From a virus (lineage: Duplodnaviria > Caudoviricetes): a DNA stretch of 35,316 nt. Position 1 is the stretch's first letter. The number at the start of each line of letters is the position of its first letter. The stretch lies in the IMG/VR virus record IMGVR_UViG_3300027874_000580, positions 1 through 35,316 of that record; one strand, written 5' to 3'. Below the pieces are notes generated by a model that saw nothing but the letters and a program-made list of their open reading frames with translations, ran no database searches and was not told where the DNA came from. Positions 1 to 8,330 of the stretch are shown here, one piece after another. Position numbers and translations under genes: made by a program.

Positions 1-294
1 CGGATCGTCAACCCGCTCGGCATGCATGCCCGGCCGGCGGCGGAGTTCGTGAAAACGGCGAGCAAGTTCAAGAGCGCCGTGCTCGTCTCCAAGGACGGGC
101 TGAGCGTCAACGGGAAGAGCATCATGGGCGTGATGATGCTCGCGGCGGAGAAGGGCTCGTCGATGATGATCAAGGCAGAGGGCGACGACGCCGAGCTGGC
201 GATGGACGCGCTGCTGGCGCTGGTGGCGGCGGGGTTCAACGAAATGGACCTCACCGACTACGAGACCGAGCCCGAAGAGGAGGCGGAGGCGTGA
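1..294 (+). CDS. ptsH: Phosphocarrier protein HPr (5' truncated by window edge)
   Basis: Frame is open from base 1 (RIVNPLGMHARPAAEFV). It has the His15 motif GxHARPA and the Ser46 motif GKSIMGVMML. Confidence 0.95.
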   Translation, partial: RIVNPLGMHARPAAEFVKTASKFKSAVLVSKDGLSVNGKSIMGVMMLAAEKGSSMMIKAEGDDAELAMDALLALVAAGFNEMDLTDYETEPEEEAEA

Positions 295-1157
295 AGGACC
301 GCCTGATGCGCGGCATCGGCGTGTCGCCCGGCATGGCGATCGGCGCGGCGGTCGTGGTGCAGTCGCAGCTGCCCGACGTGCCGCACCGCGTGGTGCCACG
401 CTCGCAGATCGAGAAGGAAGTGCGGCGGCTGCGCGCCGCCGTGAAAGACGTGCAGCGCCACATCGCCGACCTGAGGGCGAGCACCGAAGAGCGCATCGGG
501 CCCGACGAGGCGCGCATCTTCGACGCGCAGATGCTGATGCTCGAGGACAAGGACTTCCTCGGCGCGGTCGAAGACCTGATCCGCGAGAACCACCTCACCG
601 CCGAAAAGGCATTCGAGTTCAAGGCGCTGGAGCAGCGCGATGCCTGGACCTCGGTCGGCAGCGCGCGCCTCAAGGACCGCATCGCCGACCTGAACGGTGT
701 GATGGTGCGCGTGGTGCGCCACCTCATGCACCTCGGCAACGACGAGCTGGAGGGGTTCCCGCAGGGGTCGATCGTGGTGGCGCGCGAGCTCGGGCCGGGG
801 CTCACGGTGCAGCTCGATCGCGCGCAGGTGGTCGGCATCGTGAGCGAGGAAGGGACGCGCACTTCGCACGCCGCGATCCTGGCCCACTCGATGGGAATGC
901 CGGCGGTCATGGGACTCACCGGCGCCCTGGGCCGGATTCACCCGGGGACGATGCTGCTGCTCGACGGCAGCCGCGGCACCGGAGTGCTGGCCACCCGGGA
1001 CGCCGAGGTCGTGACCGTGTCCGCCCACGACGCGGTCCTCAACGCGCTGATCGCCCAGGCCCGCGACCCGGAGGAGGCGGCGCTGCTTGTGCACGCCTAC
1101 GCCGACGGGGTGAAGACCGAGCGGCTCGGCTTCGTGGATGACAGGGTGGAGCCGTGA
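291..1157 (+). pseudogene. ptsI: PTS enzyme I, N-terminal part only, fused at ~981 to unrelated sequence
   Basis: GIGVSPGMAIG start, helical HPr-binding region, phospho-His motif TSHAAILA, then LLDGSRGT. Similarity is lost after ~aa 230 and the PEP-binding barrel is absent (288 aa versus ~570 aa typical). Confidence 0.85.
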
Positions 1158-1453
1158 GCAAGGACATCCGGTGCCCCTACTGCGGGGAGAAGTGCAGGAA
1201 CAGGTGGGCGAAGCTCCTGCACAAGTGCACGGTGGCGGCCGGCTACCGCGCCCAGGCCGCCGACCCGTGGCATGACCGGGTGCTGGCGGCGATGTCGTGG
1301 TGTGCGGGGATGCAGGCGGCCGGGCACACCCGGGTGCCGATTGTCGCGGTGATGGGCCAGCTCGACCCCGAGCACAAGATGCACGGCGCACCGGACCCCC
1401 GCGCCGACCCGGTCACCGGGTGCCTGCCGGTGACTGCGGAGCCGCCGCCGTGA
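1154..1453 (+). CDS. Hypothetical protein with N-terminal CxxC
   Basis: GTGA overlaps on both sides, CPYC motif, GC-rich third codon positions. Confidence 0.6.
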   Translation: MSKDIRCPYCGEKCRNRWAKLLHKCTVAAGYRAQAADPWHDRVLAAMSWCAGMQAAGHTRVPIVAVMGQLDPEHKMHGAPDPRADPVTGCLPVTAEPPP

Positions 1454-1881
1454 GGCGGGCCGCCGCCGCGCTCGCGCTCGCGCTCGGGCTGCTCGCGCTG
1501 TCCCCGGCACGGGCGTCGGCCGAGGACCCGCACTGCATCCAGCACGGCACCAAGCACGCCTACCTGTGCTACTACCACCAGCCCGGGACCGGCGGCGGCG
1601 TGTACGCCACCCTGCTGCTGTTCGAGAACTGGTACTACTGGCACCCGCTGTCGGGTGACCTGGTGGTGGACGAGACCTACGTGCACAGCTCCGCGCCCGG
1701 CTACGCCGGGGCCCACCGGATGATCCACTTCTCCGACCTGGGCCAGGTGACCGACCAGGCCTGGCTGGCGAACTTCCCGCACAACACCGGCCCGCCGGCG
1801 GGCAGCACGCCCGCGGAGCAGCGTTCCGCGATGGACTTCCAGTACGCCATGAACGCCGACCAGATCGGGCATTCGTTCTAG
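1450..1881 (+). CDS. Secreted hypothetical protein
   Basis: GTG at 1450 overlaps the previous stop. MRRAAAALALALGLLALSPARASA looks like a Sec signal peptide. The mature part is aromatic-rich. Confidence 0.75.
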   Translation: MRRAAAALALALGLLALSPARASAEDPHCIQHGTKHAYLCYYHQPGTGGGVYATLLLFENWYYWHPLSGDLVVDETYVHSSAPGYAGAHRMIHFSDLGQVTDQAWLANFPHNTGPPAGSTPAEQRSAMDFQYAMNADQIGHSF

Positions 1882-1890
1882 GCTGGTTTG

Positions 1891-2055
1891 GTGAGGCGCT
1901 GCATCTGCGTGCACAAGCGCCGCGCGCACGAGCACTACCGTCCCGGGCTGGAGTGCTCACTGTGCGGGTGCATGGGCTTCCGCTGGCGCTGGCTGCACTG
2001 GCGGGCGTGGCGCGTTGATCGCATGGTCAGGGATCTGTGGAGTCAGGGGCTGTAG
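1891..2055 (+). CDS. Small Cys/His putative zinc-binding protein (54 aa, not in ORF track)
   Basis: Manual translation MRRCICVHKRRAHEHYRPGLECSLCGCMGFRWRW... shows CxCxHxxxxH...CxxCxC. Confidence 0.6.
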   Translation: MRRCICVHKRRAHEHYRPGLECSLCGCMGFRWRWLHWRAWRVDRMVRDLWSQGL

Positions 2056-2056
2056 G

Positions 2057-2238
2057 GCCAGGCTCGCGCCGGGTCAGCGGGGATATGCGCGCCGCGCCTG
2101 CTGCGAGCACCCGGCGGGAGCCTGGCGCTCTTGTAAGTACAGCACGGGAGCGCGGCCGGGGCTAGCGAGTCGTTTACCGCCCCGATGTGGTGGCCCCCCT
2201 GCAGCGGCAGGCCATTGGCCCGCCGCGCCCCCGTGCTG
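2057..2238. other. Twin long stem-loop intergenic element
   Basis: Stem 1 GCCAGGCTC..CGCCGGGT/ACCCGGCG..GAGCCTGGC (2057-2126). Stem 2 CAGCACGGG-GCGCGGC/GCCGCGC-CCCGTGCTG (2140-2238) has internal hairpins. Confidence 0.65.
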
Positions 2239-2240
2239 GG

Positions 2241-2714
2241 TCAGGCCGAGCGGGCTGATCGTAGCACTCGCCCAGGCCGGTGCCGGGCCCGCAGCTCGGC
2301 GGCGTGGATCGCCGCCGCGCCTTCCAGGCTCGACCGCCCCCAGGTGGCGTGGTAGTACACCGTGCCGGCGGGGGTCACCCAGTAGATGCCCTTCATCCCG
2401 TTGCACGCCTTGCACAGCGCTGCGAGGTTCGGGTACCAGGTCAGCCCTCCCATGATCCACGGGGTGATGTGGTCGATCTGCAGCGCGTGCCCCGAGGACC
2501 GCGCGGTGGCCCCGCAGCCGACACACCGGTTGCCGTCGGCGGCCAGCACCTTGCGCCGCAGCCGGGCGGTGATCCGGTCATGCTTGCCACGGACCCCGTG
2601 GCGGACGGTGGCCCGCCAGCGCTGCCGCCAGCGGCGCGGGAACAGCAGCCCGCGCGGGTGCACGTAGCAGGCCGCGACCAGCAGCAGCGCGGCGATGGCC
2701 TCAGCGGTGCTCAC
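2241..2714 (-). CDS. HNH endonuclease with hydrophobic N-terminus
   Basis: RRKVLAADGNRCVGCG...LQIDHITPW..GG.T...NL.ALCKACN..K is a McrA-like HNH motif. Start taken as GTG 2714, coupled to the upstream stop. Confidence 0.85.
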   Translation of the reverse strand: MSTAEAIAALLLVAACYVHPRGLLFPRRWRQRWRATVRHGVRGKHDRITARLRRKVLAADGNRCVGCGATARSSGHALQIDHITPWIMGGLTWYPNLAALCKACNGMKGIYWVTPAGTVYYHATWGRSSLEGAAAIHAAELRARHRPGRVLRSARSA

Positions 2715-2872
2715 CGCTGCTCCGGGCAGGCGCAGCCGGGCTCGTGCACGATGAACCCGAGCCTGGTGCGGTAGCACGGCGGCACCGGGTCGGGCTTCGG
2801 CTGCCGGGGCACCGGCCCGGCGGGGGTCTGCCGCTCGCTGGCCCACCAGCGGTTCCAGCGTCTCGCGTTCAC
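2711..2872 (-). CDS. Small hypothetical protein (53 aa, not in ORF track)
   Basis: MNARRWNRWW...CYRTRLGFIVHEPGCACPEQR. It fills the gap between the TraB-like and HNH genes with a GTGA overlap. Confidence 0.55.
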   Translation of the reverse strand: MNARRWNRWWASERQTPAGPVPRQPKPDPVPPCYRTRLGFIVHEPGCACPEQR

Positions 2873-2879
2873 GTCCTCA

Positions 2880-4754
2880 TCATCTCCCTGTCGGCTCCAG
2901 CAGGCCGCTGGACTCGCGCAGCTTGCCCGCCTCGATCAGCCGGTCCACTTCGGTGCTGATCGTAGTCAGCGGCATGTCCGCGATCAGCTCGGTGATCAGC
3001 TCGCCCATGCCCATCGGCCGATTCGCCAGCGCGAGCAGGATCATCAACTGCCGCGAGCTGGCCGCCTCGGCGTCGGCCTGGATGCCCGCTAGCACCTGCC
3101 CCGCCGCCTCGATCGTGTCGGCCATCACGTCCCACACCAGGCTGTCGGGGTGGCGGATGGTCAGCGACTCCGCGGTCTCGTACGGGTCGGCCAGCTTGTC
3201 CGTCCGCATCGTGACCTCGGGCCGGTTGTCCGGCCCGGAGGCATACCCCAGGCCCCAGGTGGGGGTGCCGTCGGAGAAGTACCGGGGCAGGTCGCGGGGG
3301 TTGTTCGGCAGGTTGACGTAGCCGCCGGTGACCGCGTCCCCGGTGCGCCCGCACCACACGTTCCCGCCGACCAGGATGGACCGGACCTCCTGGGCCTTCA
3401 GCTCGGCCAGGGACGGCACCTGGGCGGCCAGCCGCAGCCGGAAGCCGACCTTGCGGCCGAGCTTCAGCAGGTCGAGAATCAGCGCCGCCGCGCCCTTGGA
3501 GGCCAGCAGGATCGGGGCCTCGTCAATGGTGATCTCGATGATCGGCACGTCGACCATGAACGGGTTGAAGAACCCCATCCCCCTGCGCCGCTTGCAGGCC
3601 GGGCCGCACCGCCCCCGGCCGCAGTCGCCGTGCTCGCGGCACCATTCCAGCTCGCTCATCCAGGCCGACCGGGCGAACATCGCCTTGTGCAGCGCGGCCA
3701 GCCAGGTCATGCACTCCTCGATGCCGCGGGCGTAGGGCACGACGTCCCGCCAGGCGGGCAGCGCCTGGCCTTCCTGCGGGTCGAGGATCACTGGGGCGAT
3801 GTACCCGGAGCTGGCGGAGATGGCCAGGGACAGGTTCAGCGCGGCGGTCTTGCCGCTGCCGTCGGCCCCGGCGAAGATCGAGTGCTTGACGCCGTCCTCG
3901 GGCAGGTTGTAGAACGCCTCGTGCACCGGCTTGCCGTCGGGGAACCGGCCGATCACCGCGCGGCCGGTTCGCGGGTCGATGCCGATGCCGTCCCACAGCC
4001 GTACCGCGTCCAGGGTGCCCGAGTTCAGCAGGGTGAGCAGGCCGTGGTGCTTGCGCCCGTCGGGATGGGACTCCGCGAACGCCTCGGTGACCGCCTTCTC
4101 GAACGTGGCGGCGATGTCGGTGCCGCAGGACAGGATCTTGTCGATGGCGTTCCGCGCGCCGTCGAGGCAGATCTCGTACTGGACGCCGTTGTCGATCGGC
4201 TGCGGCGGGCCCAGCCACGCCACCCATTTCTTGGTGACCGCGAGCCGGGTGAACTTGGCCTCGATCGTCTCGGGCGGCGGGGCGGCGGCGGTGGTGGGCT
4301 TCCACCGGTAGTGCTCCAGCCAGAAGCAGTACGGGATGAACCACCCGGCGAGGGTGACCAGCAGCCACCAGCCGGTGCCCAGCGGCATCAGCGCCATCGA
4401 CCAGGCCGCCGCCCAGGACACCCCGCCCTGGACGTGCCAGCGGTAGAACTTCTCCCGGTGCCGGGTGGCGATCACCACGCACACCTGGGTGCCGAGCGCG
4501 GCAAGCACACCCCACCACGGGTGGCGGGCGAGCGCGGCGAGCGGGCCCGCAGCCATCAGCGCCAGCCAGGTGAACGGCAGCAACTGGTGGCGGAACCGGA
4601 AGACGTGGATCTCGGCCAGGGGACTGGGCCTGGTGCCGCGCTGCTGCGCGTCGAGGATGGCCTGCAGGTGCTTGGCGTCGGTGCCGTTGGCCGTGACGAT
4701 AACCGGCCCCGGCGTCTTGCGCCGGGGCCGGTCATCGGTGCGGGCCTTGGCCAC
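2880..4754 (-). CDS. traB: TraB-like FtsK/SpoIIIE conjugal DNA translocase
   Basis: N-terminal transmembrane helices, Walker A GADGSGKT, ILDPQ, Walker B IEITIDE, GRKVG...AAQVP and a C-terminal winged-helix-like segment. Probable start is GTG 4754. Confidence 0.8.
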   Translation of the reverse strand: MAKARTDDRPRRKTPGPVIVTANGTDAKHLQAILDAQQRGTRPSPLAEIHVFRFRHQLLPFTWLALMAAGPLAALARHPWWGVLAALGTQVCVVIATRHREKFYRWHVQGGVSWAAAWSMALMPLGTGWWLLVTLAGWFIPYCFWLEHYRWKPTTAAAPPPETIEAKFTRLAVTKKWVAWLGPPQPIDNGVQYEICLDGARNAIDKILSCGTDIAATFEKAVTEAFAESHPDGRKHHGLLTLLNSGTLDAVRLWDGIGIDPRTGRAVIGRFPDGKPVHEAFYNLPEDGVKHSIFAGADGSGKTAALNLSLAISASSGYIAPVILDPQEGQALPAWRDVVPYARGIEECMTWLAALHKAMFARSAWMSELEWCREHGDCGRGRCGPACKRRRGMGFFNPFMVDVPIIEITIDEAPILLASKGAAALILDLLKLGRKVGFRLRLAAQVPSLAELKAQEVRSILVGGNVWCGRTGDAVTGGYVNLPNNPRDLPRYFSDGTPTWGLGYASGPDNRPEVTMRTDKLADPYETAESLTIRHPDSLVWDVMADTIEAAGQVLAGIQADAEAASSRQLMILLALANRPMGMGELITELIADMPLTTISTEVDRLIEAGKLRESSGLLEPTGR

Positions 4755-4761
4755 CGGTCCC

Positions 4762-5655
4762 CTACGTGGTGTGGAAGGCCGGCTCCGCGGCCTGCTCACC
4801 GGACGCCGCCACGGCCTCGTGGGTGGGCCCGTAGGTGTTGGTGACCCGGTCATGCAGCCCGGCGGCCAGATCCTTCACCCGGTTCAGGTTCTCCTTGACC
4901 TCGGCGCAGGCACGGGCCAGGTCCGCGCCGATGCCCAGGGTGGTGCCGTCGGTGGGGATGAGCCCGCCGAGCTGGTCGATCAGCGGGCCGATCTGCTCCA
5001 GCGCGGACACGTCCAGGCTGTCGGCGGCCTGGGCGACCTGCTCGCTGCTCTTGACGACCTCCTCGTAGCTGGCGTCCGACCCGCCGCCGCCGCCGTTGCC
5101 CGGTGCTCCGTTGCTCTCACTCACTGGTGTACCTCCGTTGGTTGATCCGTTTCCTTGCCCCGTCTGTGTTGGTGTCACCCAGCCGCCGAGTGGCCCGTAC
5201 TCCTCCCAGGTGAGCGGGACCGCGCGCCGGCCGGGTGTCTTGCCGTCGGCCAGCGGCGGCCCGTCCGGGTTCTCGCTGCGGCGCTGGTGCCCCTGGGCGG
5301 TGACCGCCTGCCAGTGCTGCCGCGCCTCGTCCCACAGCTTCCGCCGCTCGGCCGACCGCTTGGCCTCGTCCCGGTGGGCGGTCGCCCGGGTGGTTGACAG
5401 GACGTGGTGGTGGTCGTTCATCCCGGCGCGGAACCCCTCGCGGGTGACCGGGAAGCCGTGCCGGATCTCGTTCATCCACCACCCGGTGGTCGCCTGGCGG
5501 GCGGCGCGGCGGGCGTTGCTGTTCCGGTCGTAGTGCCCGCCCCGGGCGGTCGCCCGGGTGCGGGCGGCGGTGCGCTGCCTGCCGACCGCCGTGGTGGACG
5601 CCCCCCAGGCCTGGGTGATCGCGTAGCACAGCCCGATGAAAAACAGCAGTTCCAT
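4762..5655 (-). CDS. Putative transfer accessory protein (TraA/Spd-like position)
   Basis: Directly upstream of traB. Hydrophobic N-terminus, helical C-terminal domain, and an internal in-frame GTG at 5124 with a GGAGG SD. Confidence 0.65.
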   Translation of the reverse strand: MELLFFIGLCYAITQAWGASTTAVGRQRTAARTRATARGGHYDRNSNARRAARQATTGWWMNEIRHGFPVTREGFRAGMNDHHHVLSTTRATAHRDEAKRSAERRKLWDEARQHWQAVTAQGHQRRSENPDGPPLADGKTPGRRAVPLTWEEYGPLGGWVTPTQTGQGNGSTNGGTPVSESNGAPGNGGGGGSDASYEEVVKSSEQVAQAADSLDVSALEQIGPLIDQLGGLIPTDGTTLGIGADLARACAEVKENLNRVKDLAAGLHDRVTNTYGPTHEAVAASGEQAAEPAFHTT

Positions 5656-5656
5656 G

Positions 5657-6076
5657 TCAGCCTCCGGTGCTGATCGAGGTCGACGCCTGCGACACCGTGG
5701 ACGGCAGGCTGTTCAGCGCGGCGAACGGGGTGGCCGCCGCCGCGACCAGCACGCCGAGCACGATGGCGATGTAGAAGTTGTGGCCCTTGCCCGAATGCCG
5801 GGGCATCGAGTGGTGTACGAACAGGAAGATCAGCACGGCGACGATGGCGGCGAAGATCGCCGCTGCGGAGTAGCCGAGGATCTGCGCGCCCAGCTTGCCG
5901 ATCAGCCCGGCCGTGAACATGAGGACGCGGGCCAGGATGCCGACCAGGCGGCCGGTGGTGCCGACGGTCACGATGCCGATGAACACCACGATCGGGGCGG
6001 CTTTCTTGAACCGGCCCAGGGCGTGGGCGGTGATGGCGAGGGCGATGGCGATTAGCCCCCATTCAGCCGGTGTCAT
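5657..6076 (-). CDS. Multi-pass membrane protein (Spd-like)
   Basis: About four hydrophobic segments, within the traB operon. Confidence 0.7.
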   Translation of the reverse strand: MTPAEWGLIAIALAITAHALGRFKKAAPIVVFIGIVTVGTTGRLVGILARVLMFTAGLIGKLGAQILGYSAAAIFAAIVAVLIFLFVHHSMPRHSGKGHNFYIAIVLGVLVAAAATPFAALNSLPSTVSQASTSISTGG

Positions 6077-6085
6077 GGTCAGCTC

Positions 6086-6487
6086 CTAGATCACTCCGGT
6101 CAGGACCAGCACGGTGACGGTCAGCACCGTGAGGCACAGCAGCAGCTTGGGCGGTGAGTCCCCGGACCACACCAGCAGGTAGGCCAGCGGCGCGACCGCG
6201 AAGGCGTGCACCGCGCCGTAGGCCAGCCGGGGCCAGCGCAGCGCCCCGGCGGAGTAGTACTCCGCGGCGGTGCGGTGCATCGCCCACAGCGCCATGATCG
6301 AGGGCGGCGCGGCGTGGACCACCGAGGCACCGGACAGCGCGCCGTTCAGCACCCGGTCGATCGTGCCGGCGGTGAGGGAGCCGACCCGCTGCGGCCGGTC
6401 CTCTCGCGCGCGGGCGCGTGTGTGCGCGTTGATCCCCGGGATTTCCTCCTCGGTCGGGCGGACGGGCAGGTCGACGGGCGCGGTCAT
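6086..6487 (-). CDS. Membrane protein in transfer cluster
   Basis: PPS motif followed by two C-terminal hydrophobic helices. ATGA overlap with the upstream gene. Confidence 0.7.
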   Translation of the reverse strand: MTAPVDLPVRPTEEEIPGINAHTRARAREDRPQRVGSLTAGTIDRVLNGALSGASVVHAAPPSIMALWAMHRTAAEYYSAGALRWPRLAYGAVHAFAVAPLAYLLVWSGDSPPKLLLCLTVLTVTVLVLTGVI

Positions 6488-6723
6488 GCGGCTCTCCCCT
6501 CGGTGCCGGCGGCCAGGCCGGCGAGGAACGTGGCGGCCTGGTGCATCAGCGCCTGGCGGTCGGCGGAGCGGGCGGCGGTGGCCCGGAACCAGTCGTAGGC
6601 GGTGGCGAGCTGCGCCTCACCGGTCGGCGCGGCCTGGAGCTGGTCCCGCCAGCGCTCGGGCCGGGCGTCACAGCGGCGCGGCTGCCGGGTGCCGTCGGCC
6701 AGCAGGCGGCGGTGGCCAGCCAT
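6484..6723 (-). CDS. Hypothetical protein
   Basis: ATG at 6723 overlaps the upstream stop (TGATG). Helical sequence QLATAYDWFRATA. Confidence 0.6.
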   Translation of the reverse strand: MAGHRRLLADGTRQPRRCDARPERWRDQLQAAPTGEAQLATAYDWFRATAARSADRQALMHQAATFLAGLAAGTEGRAA

Positions 6724-6902
6724 CAGTCCCACCATCCTTCCGGTGCGGTGATCACGATCAGCCATGGCCAGCGGGCTTCGATCTGGGCCCAGGCCCGGCG
6801 GCCGATGATCAGCATCAGCCCGGCCAGGATGGCCGCCGGGATAACGATCATCGCCCCCTGCACGAACATGATCAGCATGAACTCCAGCAGCAGCCCGATC
6901 AT
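6723..6902 (-). CDS. Small membrane protein (59 aa, not in ORF track)
   Basis: MIGLLLEFMLIMFVQGAMIVIPAAILAGLMLIIGRRAW...; start and stop are both coupled to neighbours. Confidence 0.65.
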   Translation of the reverse strand: MIGLLLEFMLIMFVQGAMIVIPAAILAGLMLIIGRRAWAQIEARWPWLIVITAPEGWWD

Positions 6903-7090
6903 GCGGCCCTCATCTCATACCGGCCCGAGCGGACCTTGAAGTCCGGCCAGGTGTCCCGGTCCCAGCCGTCGGCCGACAGCCAGTTCTGCGCGGCGCGCTG
7001 CAGCCCGTCGGGAACGTCCCGCTCGTCCAGCCGGATGGTGGCAACATGGCGGCCGGAATCGGTCTCGATGTGTGCCTCACGCTCTGCCAT
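6899..7090 (-). CDS. Hypothetical protein, first gene of transfer operon
   Basis: ATG 7090 preceded by a GGGAGG SD (MAEREAHIETDSG...). Confidence 0.6.
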   Translation of the reverse strand: MAEREAHIETDSGRHVATIRLDERDVPDGLQRAAQNWLSADGWDRDTWPDFKVRSGRYEMRAA

Positions 7091-7174
7091 CGCCGCCTCC
7101 CTCACGGTCACGGGTAGACACCTGAGTGTACGCTCTTTGTCGGTACAAGTCCCTACAGCGGGGAGGTAATTCCG
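7091..7174. promoter_or_regulatory. Divergent promoter region with putative GntR operator TTGTCGGTACAA (7137-7148)
   Basis: Relatively AT-rich gap between the transfer operon and the GntR gene. It has a TTGT-N4-ACAA palindrome and an adjacent degenerate copy AGTCCCTACA. Confidence 0.55.
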
Positions 7175-7918
7175 GTGGCCCTGTGGAAAACAGTCGCCCA
7201 GGCGCTGGAAGACGACATCACCAGCGGCAAGCACAGCCCGGGTGACGAGCTGCCGTCCGAAGCCGAACTCGCCCGCGAGCACGGGGTGTCCCGCAACACC
7301 GTGCGCCGGGCGCTGGAGCACCTGACCACCCGCGGCCTGATCCGCGGTGAGGGCACCGCCCGGCGGCGGGTGGCCGAGCGGGTGCTGCTGGAGATCCACG
7401 TCACCCGGCCGGCCTCGCGGGTGGCTGGTGGCCAGTCACCCACCCCGGGCGCGGACTCGTGGGCGCACGACGTCGCCGCGCTCGGCCTGGAGGCGGGCGT
7501 TGAGCTGTCAGTGTGGGCGGCCGAGGCGGGCGGCATGGCCGGGTGGCTGGAACTGGACCCCCGCGACCAGGTAGTCGTGCGTGAGCAGCTCCGCACGGCG
7601 GCCGGCCGGCCGCATAACCTCGCGGCCTGGTGGTTCCCCCGGCTGATAGCGGCGGGCACCAAGCTGGTCTACCCCGACGACATCACCGAGGGCTCGGTCC
7701 CCTACCTGGGTGGCATCGGGTACGCCCCGGTCACGTTCACCGTGGAGATCGAGGCCCGGATGCCGACCGTGCATGAGGCGGGCCGGCTGCTGATCGCTCC
7801 TGGCGTGCCGGTGCTGGTGGAGTACCGCACCGGGGCCACCCAGTTCAGCCGGCAGGTGGTGTTTTGCTCGGTCACCATCTGGCCGGGGGACCGCACCCGG
7901 CTGCTGGTGGACCTGTGA
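7175..7918 (+). CDS. GntR (HutC subfamily, UTRA) transcriptional regulator, KorSA-like
   Basis: PGDELPSEAELAREHGVSRNTVRRALEHL winged HTH. C-terminal UTRA-like EIEARMPT..E...L....GVPVL. Divergent from the transfer operon. Confidence 0.9.
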   Translation: MALWKTVAQALEDDITSGKHSPGDELPSEAELAREHGVSRNTVRRALEHLTTRGLIRGEGTARRRVAERVLLEIHVTRPASRVAGGQSPTPGADSWAHDVAALGLEAGVELSVWAAEAGGMAGWLELDPRDQVVVREQLRTAAGRPHNLAAWWFPRLIAAGTKLVYPDDITEGSVPYLGGIGYAPVTFTVEIEARMPTVHEAGRLLIAPGVPVLVEYRTGATQFSRQVVFCSVTIWPGDRTRLLVDL

Positions 7919-8145
7919 GCGCGCTGCTGGCCGGCGACCGGGTCGAGGTCACCGGCGAGGGCTACGGGCGGGTGGTATCCGCGCTGCGGGACTGGAGCAT
8001 GGGGGAGTGTGACGCCGCCTGGCACCACGCGGCCGGTGGCCAGCCGCCGATGCTCATCACAGTCACCCTGGACAGCGGGCGCACGGTCGCGCGGCTGCCA
8101 GGCGACGTCAGGCGGTTGGCGCAGTGCGGGACCTGCGACCCCTGA
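7915..8145 (+). CDS. Hypothetical protein (SH3-like beta pattern)
   Basis: GTGA overlap with the GntR stop. GDRVEV..G.GRV...ITVTLDSG. Confidence 0.55.
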   Translation: MSALLAGDRVEVTGEGYGRVVSALRDWSMGECDAAWHHAAGGQPPMLITVTLDSGRTVARLPGDVRRLAQCGTCDP

Positions 8146-8317
8146 TCCGCGCTACCGCGATCGACGCGGCTGCCGCGACCGCGCCCGCGGCGAGGATCGC
8201 GCCCGAGCCGCTCAGCGCGAAGATGTGCAGCAGGCCCAGGCCGTGGTAGTGCATCGGGCCGTCGCCTACCGGGCCGCCGTGGAAGTGCATCGCAGTGACG
8301 CCGTGATGGAACATCAT
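8108..8317 (-). CDS. Small Met-His repeat membrane peptide 1
   Basis: SD GGAGGAG. MMFHHG..MHFHGG..MHYHG, then a hydrophobic helix and a basic tail. Confidence 0.65.
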   Translation of the reverse strand: MMFHHGVTAMHFHGGPVGDGPMHYHGLGLLHIFALSGSGAILAAGAVAAAASIAVARIRGRRSRTAPTA

Positions 8318-8330
8318 CCGGGGGCTCCTC

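Noticed and set aside
2057-2714. Retron msr-msd or IscB/omegaRNA-type system (structured RNA next to HNH)
   Set aside because: No reverse transcriptase in the window. The HNH protein is small and lacks RuvC and PLMP motifs.
3150-4844. 564-aa plus-strand ORF
   Set aside because: Antisense shadow of traB.
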